Of a stretch of 64,000 nt of DNA, positions 57,286 to 64,000 are shown piece after piece (position 1 is the first letter of the stretch; each line of letters starts with the position of its first letter). The DNA is from Tubulanus polymorphus (Eukaryota; Animalia; Nemertea). The notes beneath the pieces were generated by a model. That model ran no database searches, was not told where the DNA came from, and worked only from the letters and a program-made list of their open reading frames with translations. The position numbers and the translations under genes are program-made. Location of the stretch: NCBI RefSeq assembly GCF_964204645.1, contig NC_134034.1, positions 3,923,814-3,987,813 on the forward strand, in the 5' to 3' direction.

Positions 57286-60200
57286 TAAAAACATTGAAAA
57301 TGAACGAGTTAACTCTATGGATACTGTTGATACTATGTGGATACTGGCCCTGGTTTCTACCATTGAGCTATCATTTCTGGTATCACGCTATCACGGAAGC
57401 TATTAAATGACCGTCCTTCTTAAATCGTGTCCATTCGCTGTATTGCCGTACACATTACAGTGAAATTTTGTGATCAGTTTATTATACATGCAAGATATGT
57501 TACGATTTATATGTATAGTTATTATACAGTTATATATAGGTATATATATATATATATGTATGAATATATATATATATGTATATTATTGTGTTAGCAGTGA
57601 TTATGAAAATGAGATGAATTTGAATATTTAAATTTTCTCGGCATACTGTAAACATTCCAGTGTATTTATATTTCAATGTTAGGGTACACAAAGTTTTTTT
57701 TTGGAAGTTATTATCGGCTAGAGTGCATTATGGCAGAATTCTTAATGATCGAATGAAGTGGATTTACTTCGGTTGAAAGCATTTGTAGATTACGCGTACA
57801 TATCGTCGTATATTTGATGGGTTCAACATTTGTTCGTCCAGGAAATTTTAACTTCCACTTTATTTGGAGATCCGCGAATAATTTCCTGACTGCTTGGCAC
57901 GATTTGAGAGCAATTCTGAATGGAGGAAACTTTAACTACAGACGTCCCAAAAATATATTTTTGTTATGAAAAAACGGGAATTTAGTATGATCAATTATGA
58001 ACTGAAGCTAACCACGCTTTAGAGCAACTGGCCCCTAGGGTCATGTAAAAGTCTATGCTCGAAACGGTTAAGTTTGAATTTTTTGTCCTTATTGAAGGGA
58101 ACATGTGAATGGTGTACGTGTGACTGCAACGTAACCACAATTTGAGTTTACATATGTTCATGAAATTGGACCCTGGGCACAGTTGCTTATAAAAGCATGG
58201 TTAAGTCGGAAAGTGGTACTAGATCTAAAGATTGGTCTCAAGTATATAGATTGGCTATTGATTTAATTAGGTCTAAGATGGGTCTTTAATCAAAGCTATA
58301 TCTATGCCTGTGCAACTGCCCCCAGATCTCTATTTCCTAAAACGGTGCAACGGGAAACCCAGTGCACAGGACAGTCGGTGGTTGGCTGTTTCAGTTTCGC
58401 CGTGTACGGATGTATTTTCAGGAATGTTTTCTGTTTTTCTGCCCCGGCCTCCATTGGTTGTATATATATACACGTATCACAGTGATATTAAGGTGACCGA
58501 TAGATGAATCGAGCCAGTAAATCCCAGGGAAAATAACTAAAATAATAATAATAGTTTTTTTGGAGACGCATATCAACCACGAAAGTGGCCCTGTAACGTG
58601 CAAAATGCATAATTCAATCGGTCTTAAATGAATGTATACTATTTTCAGTTCATCAATTTAGGTAAAATTAGGTAAAATCTATGATCTATAAGATTTTAAT
58701 TTCTGTGATATTCTTCTATTATGTTTAAAACGATTGTTTATTTTTATTTTCACGACTACGTGTGTACGCACCAGTCGCCGAACCGGCGAGGGTGCTTCGG
58801 GTGCTAGAGCACGACCCACTTACAGAATTTCCTTTGTTTTATTGAATTTTCAGTTTTCGACGCTTTTCAAATACCGTCAACTGTAGACTCAGTAGGATCG
58901 GTTTTCGTTTGGTGCGAGTTGAAGTTCAACTCTGAACCACGCCCGTTTGGCTATCGTGGAATTATATGTTGTTATACTGATTCAGATGAAATTAATAAAA
59001 CGTTTGTGCCATCGACTTCCAAGCCTTGTTTTCTTAAGTCCATATGGAGAGAGACGGGTTATTGCGCTCACGTCCGTCCGTCCGTTCGTCACTAGACGGA
59101 ATCGAATTTTTGGTGAAGTTTCCATTACGCTTCGATGGGTTATTTTGATTTTGTTTATCTCTGCCACTCAGACACATGTTCTACTCCAATGATTGGCCCG
59201 TTGAACTTGAACATTGATTGGTTACGCACTTTCGGCCTCATCCCCTGCCCAAAGGCTATAGCATATGATTGGCTGGATATATAGACTGGGGGCCGCTTAC
59301 CGGCAACCTGTCGGCACAAGAAAACTTAGGCAATATAATAGACCAAAGGTTTGCGGCCAGGCGGTTTGTGTTGGTGTGAGCTTCACCGGGCGCCAATCAA
59401 ACCCTGGCAAACAAAGATGGTGTCGTAGCAGAGTCTAGCGATGCCATCAGGTTCGAATACCTGCCGAAGGAGTATGGGACAAAGCCTGCAAGCCTGTCTG
59501 ACCAATATGACTAGTCCACTTGGCCGCCTGCTTGGCCAGATAGCTCAGTGTCGTGTTTGCGAAACATCCGTCCATTCTGTTTTCACCAGAGGGTGGATCT
59601 GATCATGGACGTCTAATCTGATTAAAGGAATTGAAACTGGTCCTGGCTCACTCTCTTCCGCGCTGACAGTTTATAAGGCCTAGCTAACGGAGAAGAGATA
59701 CATTTTCTTTCGGCAGAATGAAACCCATTGTGACGTAAAATTAGAGCATTCGCCTATGGGTCCACTATGAAAATACCTTGTACATAAATAAGCATTAACA
59801 GTCAATCACGCAACTTCCTACGGAGAGCGGACATCTGGGCTTCGGTGGAAAAAATTAATTTATCACATCGATTTCCAGAAAACGCAAACGGGCTTCTTTT
59901 TTATCGATTGCGTTTGATTGTACGTTGAGCTTTCTAAAAATGGCATGTCTGACTCGAGGACATTAAGTTTAAGGTATTTATGTTAAGTAAATTGCATCTG
60001 CGGGCTTATTTTTCCTAATTTCCCTTAGTTAGGGACCCCGCGTTTTGCGTTCGCGCCTTCAAATCGGCGCTCGCCTCTCGTGGATAGTATCTCTGCTAAT
60101 AATCATTGTCACGTCCATTTTATTAGGTGCTATCCCTCCATATGTGCCCTGGATCCGACCCTATTAACCTTCCTTGGTTTCCTTTATCGTGACTAGTGAA

Positions 60201-60289
60201 AGTTGGAGCCGTTCTGCCAATGGTCGCTAAGCAGAAACCTTCCAATAGCTACGGGCACCCATGGAAACCGCTACAGCAACCACAGAGAA

Positions 60290-60976
60290 ATGGCCGACCC
60301 GATGGATATTACAGAGAAGGGCGAAGGCTCTGGTTATCAGGCCGAAAAGAAAATAAGCCAAGAAGCCTGTAATATTTTAAACGATCTGAGATTGAAGGGT
60401 CAACTTTGCGACGCCGTCATCACCGTCGAAGACGGTACATATTTTCCCGTGCACAGGGCTATTCTTTCGGCGGTCAGTCCGTACTTCCTGGCGCTGTTCA
60501 CGAACGGTATGGCAGACGATACAAAACGTGAGTATCAAATACCGGGAATATCGTCTGCCATGATCGGCTCTATCATCGAATACGCGTACACCCGCGAAAC
60601 CGACATTACCGCCGACAATGTCGACACGCTTCTACCAGCAGCCGACCAGTTCAACGTCGTCGGACTCGTTCGCGCCTGTGCCGATTTCATAACGAACCAA
60701 TTGGGTTCCGAGAATTGTATCGGCATTCGAAATTTCGCGCGTCAGTATTTCTGTCGACATTTAGAACGACAGGCGGACAACTATTTGATGCAGAATTTTG
60801 TCGACGTTGCGACCAAAAGTGACGAGTTGATGTCGCTCCAGTTGTCGGAATTCACGGAGATTATGTCATGCGATGAACTGAACGTCAAGAACGAGGAGGC
60901 GGTTTTCGAAACGGTGATAAAATGGATCGATCACGACCCCGATTCCAGAAAAGAATGCATTATAGATTTGTTGAAG
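60290..60976 (+). CDS. KLHL10: KLHL10 exon (BTB plus BACK)
   Basis: ATG in AAATGG context; donor AAG|GTAGGC. Confidence 0.92.
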
Positions 60977-63900
60977 GTAGGCTTTAGTTTATAGATCCAA
61001 AGCATCGTTTTCGAACGAACTTTTATGTCAGATGCAAATTTCACGAAAAACTACAATTAACCATTTTAAAGTTGCTAGTTTACAGTTTTTATCTCGCTCT
61101 CATGTCGCATTGTTGCAAATTTGAGAAATGATTTTTCAAAGAAATTACAACTAGAGATACACGCGGTTTGAATGTTGCTAAAACTGTCAAAATCCATCCA
61201 GGGACAGGTGAAATATGATAAACCACGCATCACAAATATTTTTTAAAAAGGAGAAAAAAATGACCCAGCAATACAGGGACAAAAGTACCCTAACAAAATG
61301 GCGGCTAGCAACTGTAAAATGGTTTATTGGAAAAACCCGGGCTGAAATAAAACGGGATATCTGATTGGCTAATTTGACATAATCAAATCTGCGTAGCGCT
61401 GCCTCCCAGTCTCCAATTCTATGATTTCGAGAAATTTATGTCCAATCGACGCTGCGCCGAAATGGGGGTGAAATCACTACATGAATCCGTTCCGCAGCCG
61501 CACCCGCGTCGAGAAAACAGCTGAACGGAAATTTATTAGATCCTTGAAATGATAGTTGGTTTACATTTTTTTCTATGTTCCAGGTTGTCCGAATGGGTTT
61601 GTTGAATACGCAATTTTTCGTGGAAAAAGTGAAGTCTCACAAATATATCAAAGATAACGAATCTTGTAAGTATTTTCCAACAAATAAATCATCTAAAAAT
61701 TCTTGCACATAATAGATTAACTTTAAAACTCTAACTTTGAGATTCCATGTGGAAATAATTCAATAAAAGACAATCCCAACCATAAGCCGTTTTCAGAAGA
61801 AAACGCGAAATTTTCATTTGTCTGGTTTTTAGTTATCAAGTCTGGTCAAAACAATCGGTTTTCTTGAGTATATTCCATTTTCATATGTTTGCTGATATAT
61901 CTACGTTATTTTTATGTGCTCTATTAATGGAAGATAACAGTTTACCAATGAATAGTTTTGTAAAGTTTCTCTTATTTTTACAAATCTTTTAACCATTGAT
62001 TTTCTAATATCTAATGAGTATTGCATAGGCCTATATTGTTTTTTAGTTTGTACAGGGATCTATCTATACGTTATATTTTTTCTCATTTGTTTAAAAGGTA
62101 TATCACATTATCGATGTAGTTCGTAGATTTGTTTATAATTCTAAATTTAAAGGGAAATAGTTTATCGATGTAGTTTGTAGTTTTGTCTATGATTTTAAAT
62201 TTAATAATAAAATAGGATGTTCAATCTGTATTTCGCATATTTAAACATGTATATCGTTTTCCATATATACTGGCATGCGGTATTTTTCATATGCTCAAGT
62301 AAAAGAAACTACTTTGTTTTACCGATGCCATATATCCGTTCTTCCAACCATATAGGTAAACCAATAATAATCGACACGTTGAAGTTCTTGTACGACCTGG
62401 ACATGGACGACGACAAGGAATTGGATTTGTCCGACCCGCTCGCCAGACCTCGGGTTCCGCACGAGTTCATATTCGTAGTCGGGGGATGGAGCGGGGGCAG
62501 TCCTACGAACGCTATAGAAACGTACGACACAAGAGCCGACAGGTGGATCGCCTGTGAACAAGTCGACAGTAAGTATTTTGATAAGTTTAGAAAAATATTC
62601 TGACGGCAAAAATTGTGAATATTATTCCAAGCGCATGCAACGTTGTTATATATACTCTATGCAATGATCGGTAAAAAAACCACACAGATCCTTTAGAGTT
62701 TGGCCTGTTTATTTGAGATACGAGCTTGCGCTGATAATCACGTAAATGAGTAAATGAGCAAAGGATGGATTTAGGGGAACTGGTCCACATGAGCCCTGAT
62801 AAGAGCCAGAAAAGGCCCTTTTTGTCCTGTATTTTTTGATGGCCACCAAAATTTTCAAGCTAATTGTAGCCTTCGCTCAGCCAAATCGGCCCTTTTCAAA
62901 TTCATGTTCCCATTCAGGTCCAACCCCTTCTAAGAATACTAGATCGCCGGCATTGTGAGCTTCATCATTTAATCCGAAAAAGCTACTATACACTAGTAAC
63001 GAACGCTCGTATATCAATGTAATTACGTAATCACAAAATATAACAATAAAAATGAGTTGTAAATGTTTCCTCGAGCTCATATTTATTCGACGATTCCTAT
63101 AGTCATCTTCAGGAATAGGATGTAGTCAACGGGTATTATCGTTTGTAATTTACAAAGATTTTACCTGTTGTTTGTAAATATATATCTAAAGGGCTCAACA
63201 AAAATATGTTTTTTGAGGCATGTTATCAATTGTTTGTAGCGCCACGAGCGTACCACGGCACTGCCGCTGTACGGGGTATGGTGTATGTGGTTGGAGGCTT
63301 CGACGGCATGGATTATTTCAACAGCGTCAGGGCTTTCGATCCGTACAAAAAAGTCTGGACAGAAAAAGCGCCAATGCACTGTAAACGGTTAGTATAATAT
63401 TTGAAGTGTTTAAATACAAATCGGATCACTCAGTAGCTGATTGGTATTTTACTGTCTTACTAAAAGTGAAATCCTCGCTTACCACATGTGGATTCGTCAT
63501 GCTAACAGTAGTTTTCCTACTGTACACTAGTCCACCTGGTGGATCATCACTTGCCACAATTTGAATCCTCGATGTCCTACTGCGCACTAGTGACGCCTGG
63601 TGGATCATCACTTGCTATAAGTCATCCTCTATTGTTACAGTAGTTGATGTCCTACGGCGCACTAGTGACGCCTGGGAATCCTTACTTGCTATAAGATCCT
63701 CTGTTGTTACAGTAGTTTGTCCTACTGCGCACTAATGACATCTGGTGGATCCTTACTTGCTATAAGTTGCATCCTGAATTGCATCGGTTTGATGTCCTAC
63801 TGTACACTAGCGCACCTGACGGGTCCTCACTTGCCATAAGTGGATACATGCTCAAAAAGGATGGAAAAATCATGATATTATTGTTCTTACTTTGTCTATT

Positions 63901-64000
63901 GTAGATGTTATGTAAGCGTGGCGGTATTGAATGATCAGGTTTATGCTATGGGAGGGTTTAACGGTCACGTCAGACAGAACACGGCTGAGCGATACGCCCC
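60290..64000 (+). CDS. KLHL10: Kelch-like protein 10 (BTB-BACK-kelch), spliced, 3'-partial. Exons: 60290-60976, 61584-61665, 62356-62568, 63240-63387, 63905-64000+
   Basis: BTB (LCDAVITV...FPVHRAILSAVSPYFLALFTNG), BACK (ELNVKNEEAVFE), and KLHL10-type segments CKPIII, PLARPRVP, GGWSGGSPTNAIETYDTRADRW, PRAYHG, GGFDGMDYFNSV, RCYVSV; phases consistent. Confidence 0.93.
61584..61665 (+). CDS. KLHL10: KLHL10 exon (VVRMGLL...KDNES)
   Basis: ttccag| acceptor and T|GTAAGT donor. Confidence 0.9.
62356..62568 (+). CDS. KLHL10: KLHL10 exon (kelch 1)
   Basis: GGWSGGSPTN; donor A|GTAAGT. Confidence 0.92.
63240..63387 (+). CDS. KLHL10: KLHL10 exon (kelch 2)
   Basis: PRAYHG...GGFDG; donor CG|GTTAGT. Confidence 0.9.
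63470..63845 (-). repeat. 75-79 bp satellite array in a KLHL10 intron; single units also at ~10824-10870 (-) and ~56480-56555 (+)
   Basis: Same unit. Confidence 0.85.
63905..64000 (+). CDS. KLHL10: KLHL10 exon (kelch 3, truncated by the window edge)
   Basis: RCYVSVAVLNDQVYAMGGFNGHVRQNTAERY. Confidence 0.9.

Noticed and set aside
60203-60289. TTG-initiated extension of KLHL10
   Set aside because: Non-ATG start; the first in-frame ATG is 60290

Overview
Intron-rich animal genomic DNA, probably from a lophotrochozoan-type invertebrate (species not determinable from sequence alone). Three spliced genes can be built by hand with phase-consistent GT-AG junctions. (1) ZMYND11/BS69 on the minus strand: 13 coding exons, 14335->941, encoding winged-helix, PHD, bromo, ZnF, PWWP and two TQT motifs; the MYND end lies off the window. 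(2) A complete cordon-bleu (COBL/COBLL1)-like gene on the plus strand: 12 coding exons, 18383-55457, about 1329 aa, with tandem ubiquitin-like folds, KRAP-type motifs and one WH2. It sits head-to-head with ZMYND11 across a putative ~0.5 kb promoter. (3) The 5' part of a KLHL10-like BTB-BACK-kelch gene from 60290. The introns are dense with non-autonomous elements: 11 copies of a TTAA piggyBac-type MITE, Harbinger-, hAT- and mariner-type MITEs, tRNA-derived SINEs, L2/CR1-group LINE 3' ends and minisatellites. The most notable non-genic signals are (a) several Penelope-like mini-insertions of TSD + inverted copy + minimal hammerhead ribozyme + tail, one with an intact ribozyme core on both strands, (b) a dispersed ~75-79 bp satellite whose unit carries a CTCF-like motif and two hairpins, in arrays that point convergently around the promoters, and (c) a repeat family with two outward-facing Pol III-like A/B-box arms.
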